A DNA stretch of 62,965 bases, filler included, from Octopus bimaculoides (lineage: Eukaryota): NCBI RefSeq assembly GCF_001194135.2. It is 8 parts of 8 records of this genome, joined end to end, with 100 filler letters (N's around TTAATTAATTAA, not from the genome) between each part and the next. Parts side by side here need not be neighbours in the genome. Positions count along the whole stretch, not along the records: positions 23,551 to 52,110 come from NC_068992.1; positions 52,211 to 54,198 come from NW_026412809.1; positions 54,299 to 60,752 come from NC_068986.1; positions 60,853 to 62,965 come from NC_069000.1; 4 more parts are not named here. One strand, given 5' to 3'. The translations under genes and the position numbers were made by a program. Shown here in pieces: positions 50,283 through 62,965 of this stretch. Numbering within the stretch: position 1 is the stretch's first letter; every line of letters starts with the position of its first letter. The notes under the pieces were generated by a model, which saw nothing but the letters and a program-made list of their open reading frames with translations, had not been told where the DNA came from and did no database searches.

Positions 50283-52110
50283 GATGACGGTGACGACTAC
50301 TGCAACGTCTATAATACGATCTGTAAATTCTGGAAAGATTCGTATTCTCACATCGGGTGATATGGCAAAACGCTGAACTGAGAAAACTGTGCAACCGTGT
50401 CTTGCTGAACATATATAATATATACATATATGTGCGCGTGCGTGTGTGTGTGTATGTGTGTGTATATTAGATTTGAAGCAATATAAGTGTTAGAAAGTCT
50501 TAAATATTTGCGTTACGGCACTCATTATACCCATATATAAGCCATTGCATGTATCAACATTCAGGATAATGCATTCTTAATATGCTACATAAAACAAACA
50601 AAACCTTCAGTCTGTTGTACAAATTCACTATTGTTTGAATCATACAAATATAAATGTAAGGCATGTAAGGCATAATTGGATAATAAGCAAATGGAATTTT
50701 CAATTTTTATGCAATGTTACATTAGAATTTATTGTGGAATGAGTTCCTGATCTGAAATATTCCTCAATGAGTTTTTTGTTTCAATAAGAATCGAAGTATT
50801 TATTTTAAAAAATTATTCTACTATATTTTACATTTCTTGTTTCAGCACCACCAATGAAAAGTTATAAATGTTTATAGCCGTAAAAATGTTATATGTTTAT
50901 CGTCAGTTAGAGAAATTTTGATCTGGAGTCAAAAGCTCTTCAACTTCTCACAGTTAATTAACAATACCTTTTCTCGAAGTGACACGTGATTATCTACCTA
51001 TACTCCTCCATAAATTATATAAACCATACTTTGTCAGTCATTTGTCGGTTTTGTAATTTTCCTTTACTTTTTACTTTGTTTTATTTCCTCTTTTATTTTT
51101 TTTTTATTTATTCTTTCGTAGATGTTTACTTTCGATTCCCTTCCATCGTTCTCTGGTTATTTTCTTTCACCAGTTTTGACTTCTTAAATTTTATTACTTT
51201 TCCTTCTTGACATTTCAGCTGCTGTTCTTTTCCAACAAAGCTCTACTAACTCACTCAATGAAGACAAAAAAATCTAAAAAAAAACAAAAATCTATATTTC
51301 AGAGGGAAAAACAAATGAAAAATACCATAAGAGAACGCAATAAATAAGCATACATACACACAAACAAAACTTCGTAAGAACACAAATGTAAAACCAAAAA
51401 TCACCCTTCATTCCAACTTCCTCTTCAACTCTGCCATATGAACAGCCAACCAAGAATACAAATAATCGCCCACTATCACCATCTCTTTGCCATCACCATC
51501 ATCGTCCACGTCACCATCACCGTCAAAATCAGCATCTTTTATCCGCATCTTTTTAGCGTAGACTTCCTGCAAAAATGGGTGAATATATTTAAAAGAAAAA
51601 TTATATTGTTCATTTTTTTTTATAGTAGAAAACTTCTCATGGCTTAATGCATTCTGTTATGAACACCGTAATGTTCAGACGATTTTGATATTGGAATTTG
51701 GTAAACACAATGGTTCATTTTAAAACATTCCATTGAACTAAGATTTGTAAGACAATTCTTTCTTGCGGTCATTCAGTCATTCATTCGCTTTTCATTCATT
51801 CATTCACTCGCTCGTTCCTACATTTCTTTACGCATTATTTTCATGTTAATCATTTATTATATTTTACGTTATACTTCCGTATTATTTTATATCTTTTTTC
51901 ATATTCTATACCACAGCCGAATTCTTTTGACAAATAAATTGAAGCTGCTTAAATGTTCTAACTACGAAAGTGATTGGATGCTATATATGATAAACAGGAC
52001 TTCAGCTACGTAAGATTCATAAAAATTCCAGCACATACGCACATGGAGTAATATACATAGTATGTATGTATGCATGTATGTATGTATGTATATATATATT
52101 TGTATATATA

Positions 52111-52210
52111 NNNNNNNNNNNNNNNNNNNNNNNNNNNNNNNNNNNNNNNNNNNNTTAATTAATTAANNNNNNNNNNNNNNNNNNNNNNNNNNNNNNNNNN
52201 NNNNNNNNNN
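52111..52210. other. Assembly spacer (linker 52155-52166)
   Basis: 44 N + TTAATTAATTAA + 44 N. Confidence 0.95.
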
Positions 52211-52671
52211 AGACAGACAGACGAACAGATAGACACACACATGGGCCACTTATTAGTGTTTCCGATATTTTCTATTTATACCAGATACGGGCGTGTGCGT
52301 GGGTGTGTGTGTGTATGTATGTGTGTATGTATGCGTATGTGTATGTATGCGTACGTGTGTGTTTGTTTACAAATTCTCTTAGATAAACAACAAATGCATT
52401 AAGTAGGTTCGAATTTTTCGCCTCCCACTTCTCTGATTAGGCGACGCTAAACCGTCAAATTGAAACAACAACAACACAATAAAGATGATAGCAACAGCCG
52501 AAAACAAAAACAACAGTGAAAAACAACTTCAGCATTAGCAACAACAACATTAGCATCAACAACATTAGCAAGAAAAATCAAGATATGGGGAGATCGTTAA
52601 TAAAAGCACGGAGAAAACAATGAAACGACGAATGAAAACAATAGACAGACGAACAGAGAGACAGACAGACC

Positions 52672-52779
<108 letters not shown>

Positions 52780-53742
52780 GNNNNNNNNNNNNNNNNNNNN
52801 NNNNNNNNNNNNNNNNNNNNNNNNNNNNNNNNNNNNNNNNNNNNNNNNNNNNNNNNNNNNNNNNNNNNNNNNNNNNNNNNNNNNNNNNNNNNNNNNNNNN
52901 NNNNNNNNNNNNNNNNNNNNNNNNNNNNNNNNNNNNNNNNNNNNNNNNNNNNNNNNNNNNNNNNNNNNNNNNNNNNNNNNNNNNNNNNNNNNNNNNNNNN
53001 NNNNNNNNNNNNNNNNNNNNNNNNNNNNNNNNNNNNNNNNNNNNNNNNNNNNNNNNNNNNNNNNNNNNNNNNNNNNNNNNNNNNNNNNNNNNNNNNNNNN
53101 NNNNNNNNNNNNNNNNNNNNNNNNNNNNNNNNNNNNNNNNNNNNNNNNNNNNNNNNNNNNNNNNNNNNNNNNNNNNNNNNNNNNNNNNNNNNNNNNNNNN
53201 NNNNNNNNNNNNNNNNNNNNNNNNNNNNNNNNNNNNNNNNNNNNNNNNNNNNNNNNNNNNNNNNNNNNNNNNNNNNNNNNNNNNNNNNNNNNNNNNNNNN
53301 NNNNNNNNNNNNNNNNNNNNNNNNNNNNNNNNNNNNNNNNNNNNNNNNNNNNNNNNNNNNNNNNNNNNNNNNNNNNNNNNNNNNNNNNNNNNNNNNNNNN
53401 NNNNNNNNNNNNNNNNNNNNNNNNNNNNNNNNNNNNNNNNNNNNNNNNNNNNNNNNNNNNNNNNNNNNNNNNNNNNNNNNNNNNNNNNNNNNNNNNNNNN
53501 NNNNNNNNNNNNNNNNNNNNNNNNNNNNNNNNNNNNNNNNNNNNNNNNNNNNNNNNNNNNNNNNNNNNNNNNNNNNNNNNNNNNNNNNNNNNNNNNNNNN
53601 NNNNNNNNNNNNNNNNNNNNNNNNNNNNNNNNNNNNNNNNNNNNNNNNNNNNNNNNNNNNNNNNNNNNNNNNNNNNNNNNNNNNNNNNNNNNNNNNNNNN
53701 NNNNNNNNNNNNNNNNNNNNNNNNNNNNNNNNNNNNNNNNNN

Positions 53743-53803
<61 letters not shown>

Positions 53804-54060
53804 GCGTGGGAGCGGAGAAGTATCCACATTTTGGTGTGCACGAGAGGAAAAAACAACCAAACTAATCGAAGAAAAGCCCTTGCCACGGTTACTCTTATAT
53901 TATGAAAATCCTGGAGAGGGACCACTGGTGTAAAAACTTGTGTTTGGAATGATTGCCACTGGGTTTGGAACATGGTTCTTTCATTCTTGTTCTAAGAGTG
54001 TATACTTAAAGAAAAGCACACAGGTCAAACAAACCACGATAATCCGATGAGGTACAGATG

Positions 54061-54112
54061 GCTAATTAAAGACAAAGCTAATTAAAGACAAAGCTAATTA
54101 AAGACAAAGCTA
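54061..54112. repeat. 16-bp minisatellite, about 3.25 copies
   Basis: (GCTAATTAAAGACAAA)3 GCTA. Confidence 0.95.
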
Positions 54113-54163
54113 TCGTCTGATGACTTGAAGGATTTAACGTGTATTTATAAGCATATAATATTA

Positions 54164-54198
<35 letters not shown>

Positions 54199-54298
54199 NN
54201 NNNNNNNNNNNNNNNNNNNNNNNNNNNNNNNNNNNNNNNNNNTTAATTAATTAANNNNNNNNNNNNNNNNNNNNNNNNNNNNNNNNNNNNNNNNNNNN
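54199..54298. other. Assembly spacer (linker 54243-54254)
   Basis: 44 N + TTAATTAATTAA + 44 N. Confidence 0.95.
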
Positions 54299-54312
54299 GC
54301 TGGTAGTGGTGG

Positions 54313-54343
<31 letters not shown>

Positions 54344-54751
54344 GGTCGTGGTGGTGGTGGAGGAGGTGGTGGTGGTGGTGGAGGAGGTGGTGGTGGAGTG
54401 ATCGCCTGCGTCTTCTCCAGACGACAACCACTTCATAATCTCTTCGTGGTTGCCTTCTTCCGCACACAATGAATGAAGAAAGAAAACACGTTCGAATGGA
54501 CAAATCCTTCCACCCCGCCATTCAATACGTGTGTGTAGATGTATACACATATACACATACATATAAGCATATACATACATATATGTTTATGCATGCATGT
54601 ATGTATTATGTATATATGCACACACACAGACACACATACGTACGTACGTACATACATACATACACGCGTTTATATTTTTTATGTGATGTTCTATATAAAA
54701 ACAATTTAATTTCAAATTGATGAATTAATAAGCTAAAGAAATGATTTTAAA

Positions 54752-54890
54752 TTCTCAAACGCAGGATAATGCTAATAATATAGCCTGGACAGGATAAGCT
54801 ACCCCTATTTTGCAGAAAAGAGTGTTGGCGGCCGGCTATGAGACTCGAACTCACACCTCCGTGATTACGCGTCGCCAAACTTTTACAAGC
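54752..54890 (-). mobile_element. SINE-D-like tRNA-related repeat
   Basis: Reverse complement matches 42950-43075. Confidence 0.7.
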
Positions 54891-55039
54891 AAAGCTTTGA
54901 CTGTGACTTCGGAGTTTCGTCTTCATCGCACCTGAAACAAAAGCATACACACACACAGGTGATGAAAACAGAGGTTTACAACCAAATTCATATGCATAAA
55001 CATTCACATATACACGTATGCTTATATACAAAATATATT

Positions 55040-55211
55040 CTTTTCTATTCTGGGCACAAATCCCTAATTTCTTTTGTGGGGTGGGCAGTCAAGTAGATCG
55101 ACCCCAGTACGAAACTGGTGCTTAATTTATCGACCCCGAAAGGATGAAAGGCAAAGTCGACCTCAGCGAAATTTGAACTCAGAGCTAAGCATTTCGCTCG
55201 GCGTACTAACA
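55040..55211 (-). mobile_element. SINE-B, internally deleted
   Basis: ATCGACCCCGAAAGGATGAAAGGCAAAGTCGACCTC core. Confidence 0.85.
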
Positions 55212-55246
55212 TATACACACATATCCATAATAACATAAATATAAAT

Positions 55247-56427
55247 ACGCAGGCATGACCGAGTGGTAAGAAGCTTGTTTCCCAACCACGTGGTTCCGGG
55301 TTCGGTACCTCAGCGTGGCACCTAAGGCAAGTGCCTTACCCTATAGCCCCGAGTCGACCAAAGCTTAGTGAGTGGAAACTGAAAGAAGCTTCTTGTGTGT
55401 GTGTGTGTGTGTNNNNNNNNNNNNNNNNNNNNNNNNNNNNNNNNNNNNNNNNNNNNNNNNNNNNNNNNNNNNNNNNNNNNNNNNNNNNNNNNNNNNNNNN
55501 NNNNNNNNNNNNNNNNNNNNNNNNNNNNNNNNNNNNNNNNNNNNNNNNNNNNNNNNNNNNNNNNNNNNNNNNNNNNNNNNNNNNNNNNNNNNNNNNNNNN
55601 NNNNNNNNNNNNNNNNNNNNNNNNNNNNNNNNNNNNNNNNNNNNNNNNNNNNNNNNNNNNNNNNNNNNNNNNNNNNNNNNNNNNNNNNNNNNNNNNNNNN
55701 NNNNNNNNNNNNNNNNNNNNNNNNNNNNNNNNNNNNNNNNNNNNNNNNNNNNNNNNNNNNNNNNNNNNNNNNNNNNNNNNNNNNNNNNNNNNNNNNNNNN
55801 NNNNNNNNNNNNNNNNNNNNNNNNNNNNNNNNNNNNNNNNNNNNNNNNNNNNNNNNNNNNNNNNNNNNNNNNNNNNNNNNNNNNNNNNNNNNNNNNNNNN
55901 NNNNNNNNNNNNNNNNNNNNNNNNNNNNNNNNNNNNNNNNNNNNNNNNNNNNNNNNNNNNNNNNNNNNNNNNNNNNNNNNNNNNNNNNNNNNNNNNNNNN
56001 NNNNNNNNNNNNNNNNNNNNNNNNNNNNNNNNNNNNNNNNNNNNNNNNNNNNNNNNNNNNNNNNNNNNNNNNNNNNNNNNNNNNNNNNNNNNNNNNNNNN
56101 NNNNNNNNNNNNNNNNNNNNNNNNNNNNNNNNNNNNNNNNNNNNNNNNNNNNNNNNNNNNNNNNNNNNNNNNNNNNNNNNNNNNNNNNNNNNNNNNNNNN
56201 NNNNNNNNNNNNNNNNNNNNNNNNNNNNNNNNNNNNNNNNNNNNNNNNNNNNNNNNNNNNNNNNNNNNNNNNNNNNNNNNNNNNNNNNNNNNNNNNNNNN
56301 NNNNNNNNNNNNNNNNNNNNNNNNNNNNNNNNNNNNNNNNNNNNNNNNNNNNNNNNNNNNNNNNNNNNNNNNNNNNNNNNNNNNNNNNNNNNNNNNTGAC
56401 TGAAACAAGTAAAAGAATAAAAGAATT
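55247..56427 (+). mobile_element. SINE-A spanning an N gap
   Basis: Head at 55247-55400; tail TGACTGAAACAAGTAAAAGAATAAAAGAAT resumes at 56398. Confidence 0.75.
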
Positions 56428-56434
56428 TAAAAAA

Positions 56435-56475
<41 letters not shown>

Positions 56476-56483
56476 GCTAGCGA

Positions 56484-56870
56484 CAGAAAGAGTATTAATA
56501 CCAAAAGGTAACACTTACCTCCTACGTAAAAGCGGATGTTGTGTTAGAACACAGAATACTGCGATAGCTACCATGAGAGAACCGCTCATATGGGCTTCTG
56601 GTGCATATAAACACTCTTGCTTACATCACTAGTGGAGCACAAATCACCGCTTTCACCAGAATACGTGACCCTGGCCTTGTCAGTGTTAGACGCCCAACTG
56701 CTGCGCATAGCAACGATGTACATAAAATCACAGCATCCAATTAGGCAAATAGCCAGTGGGATTATTAAATAAAAACTATTAGTGGCACCAGAAACAGTAT
56801 TAATACCAAGAGGTAATATCCATCCCTACTTAAAAGTGTTAGAACGCAGGATGTGGCTATATTAGCACCA
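56484..56870. repeat. Pair of diverged 80-90-bp direct repeats enclosing about 215 bp
   Basis: CAGAAAGAGTATTAATACCAAAAGGTAA...GTGTTAGAAC at 56484-56573 and CAGAAACAGTATTAATACCAAGAGGTAA...GTGTTAGAAC at 56789-56870. Confidence 0.8.
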
Positions 56871-57027
56871 AAAGCACCATACAAGAGGTTCTTTCACGGT
56901 AGTATCGCAAACTCCATCTATCAAATTTTTTTTATTCACACACCATAAGGAAAAATAATTAACGGGTTTACTGTTTATTTGGAGCAAGTTTCATAAAGGA
57001 GTACTCCGGCTTGCAATTTTCAGGTAT

Positions 57028-57262
57028 GTGGAGGCGCGTGGCTTAGTGGTTCGGGTGTTGGATTCATGATCGTCAGATAGTAGTTTCAATTCCTGAAGCG
57101 GACGATGCGTTGCGTGCTTGAGCAAAACACTTCATTTCACGTTGCTCCACTCTACTCAACTGGCAAAATTTAAAATCCTGCGACGGACTAGCGTCTCGTC
57201 CATGAGGGGAATACATACGCCATTGAAACTGGGAAGCCGGCCCTTACGGATTTATATGACTC
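57028..57262 (+). mobile_element. SINE-C, near full length
   Basis: GTGGAGGCGCGTGGCTTAGTGG head, TTTCAATTCC, TTGAGCAAAACAC, GCGACGGACTAGCGTCTCGTCCA. Confidence 0.85.
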
Positions 57263-57758
57263 GCGAAGGGACTTTACATTTTTAGTAAAGTCCATAAAAA
57301 TCCTTCTCAAGGTATAGCTCTGGGTTATCTTCTCCCAACTGACCTCCATTGTCTGTGTGGAAGTGGAGTAATTAGTGAATGAATTTAGAATCGTCAGTTT
57401 GTACAATTAACATAAATATATGTTTATAAAACTCGCACAGGTAAATTCATTTTACACCTGTTTAACTCTCTTTCTCTCAATTCAAATTTCTTTCTCTCTC
57501 TCTTTTTTCTCTGCGTGTGCGCGCCAGTGTAAGTGTACATGTTTATTAAAATATATATATTTATGGATATAATATATGTATATATACTATATCCAAGCGG
57601 GAATTAGTGCTCAACGCAATCCTCTACCCCATTAGAAACTGTCCAACTGTCCAGCCTATGCCGTACATACATACACACACTCACATACATACATACATAT
57701 ATATATATGCATATGTATATATATGTATGAATGTATATATATATATGTATGTGTGTGT

Positions 57759-57820
57759 ATATCCTTTTGTTATTTACACCACCTGTCCTCGTCTGTTGTT
57801 GTTTTTTCGTACATTCTCCC
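57759..57820 (+). mobile_element. 3' fragment of the 10254-10437 repeat family
   Basis: TTATTTACACCACCTGTCCTCGTCTGTTGTT...TTCTCCC followed by TA repeats. Confidence 0.8.
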
Positions 57821-57910
57821 ATATATAATATATGTACATACATTCATATACATAGATGCATACATACATAAGTGCGTATGTATGTATATCAATCTGTCTC
57901 TCCTTCTTTG

Positions 57911-57982
<72 letters not shown>

Positions 57983-58591
57983 TGTGTTTGTATGTACATA
58001 TATATGTGTGTATATATATATAATATATATACATGCATTCATATATATAGATACATACATTTACATACATAGATATATACGCGCATTCATATATAGATAC
58101 ATGCATGCATGCATAAATACATGCATACATACATACATACATATATTAATATACACTCACAATATATACATATACACTGACATAAAATAGCATACACACA
58201 TATACACACACCCGCACGCACACACGCACACATAAGAGAGAAGAGAATTTAGAGGAATGTATGTAGGGGAGAGAGAAGAAGAAAGAGACTGATATAGTGA
58301 GGGAGAGAGAGAGGAAGGGGTGGGTAGCTACCTCCCTTCTAATAGTATTTAATGGCCGACCATTGCCAAGAGATTCCTTTGTCGTCTTCATTCTTCTAGA
58401 ATGACAAAACACATTTTTTTAGTGGAGAAATATCTGACTACCGTGAAAATGGCTGCTGCAGTGAAATACTGCTTCGTTAGAAACACATTCATAATCACAC
58501 GCACACGCGCATATACACGCGCGCACATGCGCATACACACACAGGCGCATATGCATATATGTACAAATACGCTAACTTATATGAACAATTA

Positions 58592-58810
58592 GGCGCAGGC
58601 GTGGCTGTGTGGTAAGACGTTTGTTTCCTAACCACACGATCCTTGATTCGATTTCACTCCGTGGCACCGTGACTTAACCGGTAAGCCCTGGTTGACTAAA
58701 ACCTTGCACTAACAAGGCTTTAGTTGACGCAAACCGAGCGATAAACACTTCAACAACGTGCCATAGTCAAGATTGAAACTGAGTGCAACAGCAAAGAAAA
58801 ATTAAAATGA
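58592..58810 (+). mobile_element. SINE-A, rearranged
   Basis: GGCGCAGGCGTGGCTGTGTGGTAAG head, degenerate tail. Confidence 0.7.
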
Positions 58811-59171
58811 ATAAAACGATAAGATCATATGTCTTCTTGTGTGCGGGCGTTTATCAAAGGTGGCATATCGTGGAGGATTTTTCGGCTGCCGCTTCTAGTT
58901 ATTGATTTGTGAGATAAAGGAGGGAAAAAATCCTTGCTATTGATGACGTTCAAAGAAGCAGAAATACGTATTTACACTGTAACCACCGATGCTGGACAAG
59001 TTTTGTCTGCTTCTGAAATATTTCTGTGCTTTTTAACACTATACCTCTATACAAAATGCTCTCTCGGGACAAATACCGCAGTTTAGTAGGCTTTCAACAG
59101 TATACATCGGCTTCAAACATGATCTATAAGTTGCTATTTTGAACTAACATTGCTTCCGTTGCTAATAACGA

Positions 59172-59244
<73 letters not shown>

Positions 59245-59412
59245 TGTGTGTGTGTGTGTGTTTGTGTGTAAATATATATTTACATCTGTAACTTATAACG
59301 TGTTGATTTAGAGTGGTTGGACGGATTTAGCGTCTATCTTTAGCATATAGGCACAGTAGCCTGTGTGCCCTTAATTATAATTGTATTTTATACTATTATA
59401 AATCTCTATATA

Positions 59413-59626
59413 AGGCGACGAGCTGGCAGGAACGTTAGCACGCCAGGCGAAATGCTTAGTGTTATTTCGTCTGTCTTTACGTTCTGAGTTCAAATTCCCC
59501 CGAGGTCAACTTTGCCTTTCATCCATTCGAGGCCGATAAATTAAGTACCAGTTGATTACTGTGGGTCGATCTAGTCGACTGGCCCACTCCCCAAATATTT
59601 CGAGCCTTGTGCCTAGAGCAGAAAAG
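59413..59626 (+). mobile_element. SINE-B with a perfect 18-bp target-site duplication
   Basis: ATTATAAATCTCTATATA at 59395-59412 and 59627-59644. Confidence 0.93.
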
Positions 59627-60679
59627 ATTATAAATCTCTATATATGAATTTACCTAAATAGGTCTGTTTTATATTCTGGCCACTGATAAAATTTTTAATG
59701 ATTTCATCCCTTAATTATATTTAAATACATAACTACGCACACACACACACACACATACACATATATAAGACTGTATATGTTCAGGTATATACATATATGT
59801 GTATGTGATTGTGCGTGTGTGTATACTCTCACATATAAATGTATTCAAACACACACACACACCTCTAAGAAAAATCCCAGATGCTGACATAAGAGCATAG
59901 AAGGTAAATGCACCAATGGCTGTATCTAATTTATGTATATACTGTGTGTATAGAATAGAGCGTGTATAGATTAGGTGTGTGTAGAGAAGTGTGGTGGTTA
60001 ACGAGAACAGCGACACGGGGGCGGGGTTGAGTTCCAGTATGAATGTCTACACCCTTCGAGTGCATGTATGGAAATGGTGGTTGTACAAGGAGGAAATAGT
60101 CGAGCAAAATTGATAACGGAGGGGAAGCTATTTTTTCCGCAACGCCATTTTGCTTTCATCTCAGCCTCCAATTATTCGAAGTGCGAGTGTTGCAAACAGC
60201 TCTCACCTTTGCTAGGAGTGTGCAGTTGTGCGCGCGTGTGTGTGTATGTGTGTGTCTGTCGTGTGTGTATGTGTGTGTGTGTGTGTGTGTGTGCGTGCGT
60301 GTGCGAGACGTTGCTTAATAGTGTAAAGCAATTATGTCGTTTTAATACGTATATCACTGTTATTTTAGCTGTTTAGCACCGTGCTTCCTAGAGATAGCTA
60401 TGGTGTCTATAGACACACTCACACACATAACTCACAAGCACACGCACACACACATAACTCATACACACACACACACACATACACACATGTTAGACAGTCG
60501 CAAAGGCTCATACACAGATTATATTTAGAAACAGATATCATTATAATGAGTACATATAACAATGGTATGCACATATACATGTACATACATACATATATAT
60601 ATATGTGTGTATATACATATGTATATATATGTGTGTGTGTGTATGTACGTGTGTGTGTGCGCGCGCGCGTATGTGTATA

Positions 60680-60752
<73 letters not shown>

Positions 60753-60852
60753 NNNNNNNNNNNNNNNNNNNNNNNNNNNNNNNNNNNNNNNNNNNNTTAA
60801 TTAATTAANNNNNNNNNNNNNNNNNNNNNNNNNNNNNNNNNNNNNNNNNNNN
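60753..60852. other. Assembly spacer (linker 60797-60808)
   Basis: 44 N + TTAATTAATTAA + 44 N. Confidence 0.95.
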
Positions 60853-60912
<60 letters not shown>

Positions 60913-61278
60913 TTATATATATATTGACACATTATGTATCATATTTATTACAATTCAAGTTGACAGGTGCTTGTAATTTTGCGAACCGACATATTTAATA
61001 AGGTGCGAGACGATTCTTGAATTAAAAAAAAAATTTTTGTGCAACTTTATGATAAATTTCAATTCATTCTCAGTAACCCTTCAAAACAAAGGTTTAATTT
61101 TTAATTTTAAACTGATACACTAATTTTCAGTTACGCGCGCACACACACACTCTCTCTCTCTCTGTCTCTCACACACACACACACATAGACACATACATAC
61201 GTTACACACACATACTCACGCGCACACGATTTCACAAAACACATAATGATACATATATACATATATATATTGTGTATA

Positions 61279-61320
<42 letters not shown>

Positions 61321-61330
61321 NNNNNNNNNN

Positions 61331-61368
<38 letters not shown>

Positions 61369-61554
61369 TACAGATATACACAATATATATATGTATATAT
61401 GTATATATGTATATGTATATATATATATATTTCCCAGTAAGTTTATATATATATATATATATTTCCAAGTAAGTTTATATATATATGCATTTACATATAT
61501 TTATATATATATAGTGTATATATGTATGTATATATATATATAGTGTACATATAC

Positions 61555-61592
<38 letters not shown>

Positions 61593-61911
61593 TGCCATTC
61601 GCTAACTTATTGAAAGACAATAAAGGTTTGCTGCTGGTAAGACGCTGTCTAATTTCTAGAGTCCAATATTATTAGGATTTTTTTTTTTTCTTTTTTTTTT
61701 TTTTTGCTTTTGTTGGAATTTTAAATTCTGAAACCGAAAAGCCATAGATATTAGTGAATATATATTCGGTTTAGCAAACGCTTTGAAATGAACAAGTCAA
61801 AGACCCTGCCCACGCACAATTAAGAATTCTGAGAGTCGAGAAACCTTTCATATATTTGGCTTAGGTTAGAAAATACTCCTTGTAATCTAAGAATTATAAA
61901 TTAATAAATAT

Positions 61912-61957
<46 letters not shown>

Positions 61958-62229
61958 NNNNNNNNNNNNNNNNNNNNNNNNNNNNNNNNNNNNNNNNNNN
62001 NNNNNNNNNNNNNNNNNNNNNNNNNNNNNNNNNNNNNNNNNNNNNNNNNNNNNNNNNNNNNNNNNNNNNNNNNNNNNNNNNNNNNNNNNNNNNNNNNNNN
62101 NNNNNNNNNNNNNNNNNNNNNNNNNNNNNNNNNNNNNNNNNNNNNNNNNNNNNNNNNNNNNNNNNNNNNNNNNNNNNNNNNNNNNNNNNNNNNNNNNNNN
62201 NNNNNNNNNNNNNNNNNNNNNNNNNTTGT

Positions 62230-62263
<34 letters not shown>

Positions 62264-62265
<2 letters not shown>

Positions 62266-62446
62266 GAGAATATACGAAAAAACAACAACAGACGAGGACA
62301 GGTGGTGTAAATAATAAAGGATGTATTAGTATGACGCTCCGGAATACGGAAAGTCTTTGACGTTTCGAGCTACGCTCTTCAACAGAAAGAATACGGATAC
62401 AAGAAGAAAAACACGGAGAAAAAAATTGAATAGTGTCCAGTCAACG
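62264..62446 (-). mobile_element. Second full copy of the hammerhead-bearing 185-bp repeat (motif at 62354-62390)
   Basis: Reverse complement of 10254-10437; abuts (TA)n. Confidence 0.85.
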
Positions 62447-62690
62447 GTCAATCATAATAATATATATATACGCACGTAAAACATAAGATGCATGGACCAT
62501 TCTGTATTTTTTCTGTCAAGGGCTTATATGCCCCTTTATTAGACTATTTTTCCTTAGTCATTGCAAGGGATCACCATAAGTTTTTAGCTTATATAAAAAA
62601 ATACCATCATTATTTACAGGATTGTAAATCACGGCGCCGTAATAAAAAAACCATTCACACTGAAAGTATATATATACATACATACATACA

Positions 62691-62725
<35 letters not shown>

Positions 62726-62726
<1 letters not shown>

Positions 62727-62965
62727 GGAGTGGCTGTGTGGTAAGTAGTTTGCTTACCAACCACATGGTCCCGGGTTCAGTCCCACTGCGTGGCATCTTG
62801 GGCAAGTGTCTTCTACTATAGCCTCGAGCCGACCAAAGCCTTGAGTGAGTGGATTTGGTAGACGGAAACTGAAAGAAGCCTGTCGTATATATGTATATGT
62901 ATATATATGTATGTGTGTATGTGTTTGTATGTCTGTGTTTGTCCCCCCAACATCGCTTGACAACC
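62726..62965 (+). mobile_element. SINE-A, CpG-rich copy, truncated by the window end
   Basis: AGGAGTGGCTGTGTGGTAAG...CCGGGTTCAGTCCCACTGCGTGGCATCTTGGGCAAGTG. Confidence 0.9.

Noticed and set aside
58938-58975. TTGATGA...GAAA-TACGTA-TT
   Set aside because: C3 is changed and stems I and II pair weakly; cannot be separated from chance.
60017-60026. GGGGGCGGGG GC box beside a CpG-containing non-repeat stretch
   Set aside because: A single short motif with no transcript or gene context; not enough to call a promoter.
61245-61410. Inverted repeat around a 10-N gap
   Set aside because: Low-complexity, with its axis exactly at the gap; may be a contig end joined to its own reverse complement.

Overview
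AT-rich, microsatellite-saturated eukaryotic draft sequence. The SINE families and repeat landscape best fit a coleoid cephalopod (Octopus-like); this is an inference from pattern recognition, not a database match. It is not one contig: seven identical 100-nt spacers (44 N + TTAATTAATTAA + 44 N) split it into eight segments, and there are many other N gaps. Nearly all listed ORFs are translations of microsatellites or N runs. Supportable content is mostly mobile DNA: a decayed RTE LINE (4.3-6.4 kb); two Penelope-like element (PLE) coding pieces (GIY-YIG endonuclease at 6.8-7.3 kb, reverse transcriptase at 15.5-16.3 kb); 3' relics of a REL-type and a CR1/L2/Jockey-type LINE; at least five tRNA-derived SINE-like families; mariner-type MITEs; two Helentron-like HINEs; and several foldback palindromes. 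The most notable observations are (i) a set of minimal type I hammerhead-ribozyme motifs from several unrelated repeat families, including one in a tRNA-headed element, one with a non-canonical CUGUUGA core that is identical at two loci, and one whose predicted cleavage site coincides with the start of an inverted duplication; (ii) an 848-bp palindromic element with an 8-bp target-site duplication and head-to-head TTAGGG/CCCTAA arrays; (iii) a tentative, phase-compatible chain of four minus-strand exons (44.4 to 27.7 kb) that reads like the C-terminal half of a divergent ionotropic-receptor-like membrane protein. No host gene can be named with confidence, and no rRNA, intact tRNA or CRISPR array was seen.
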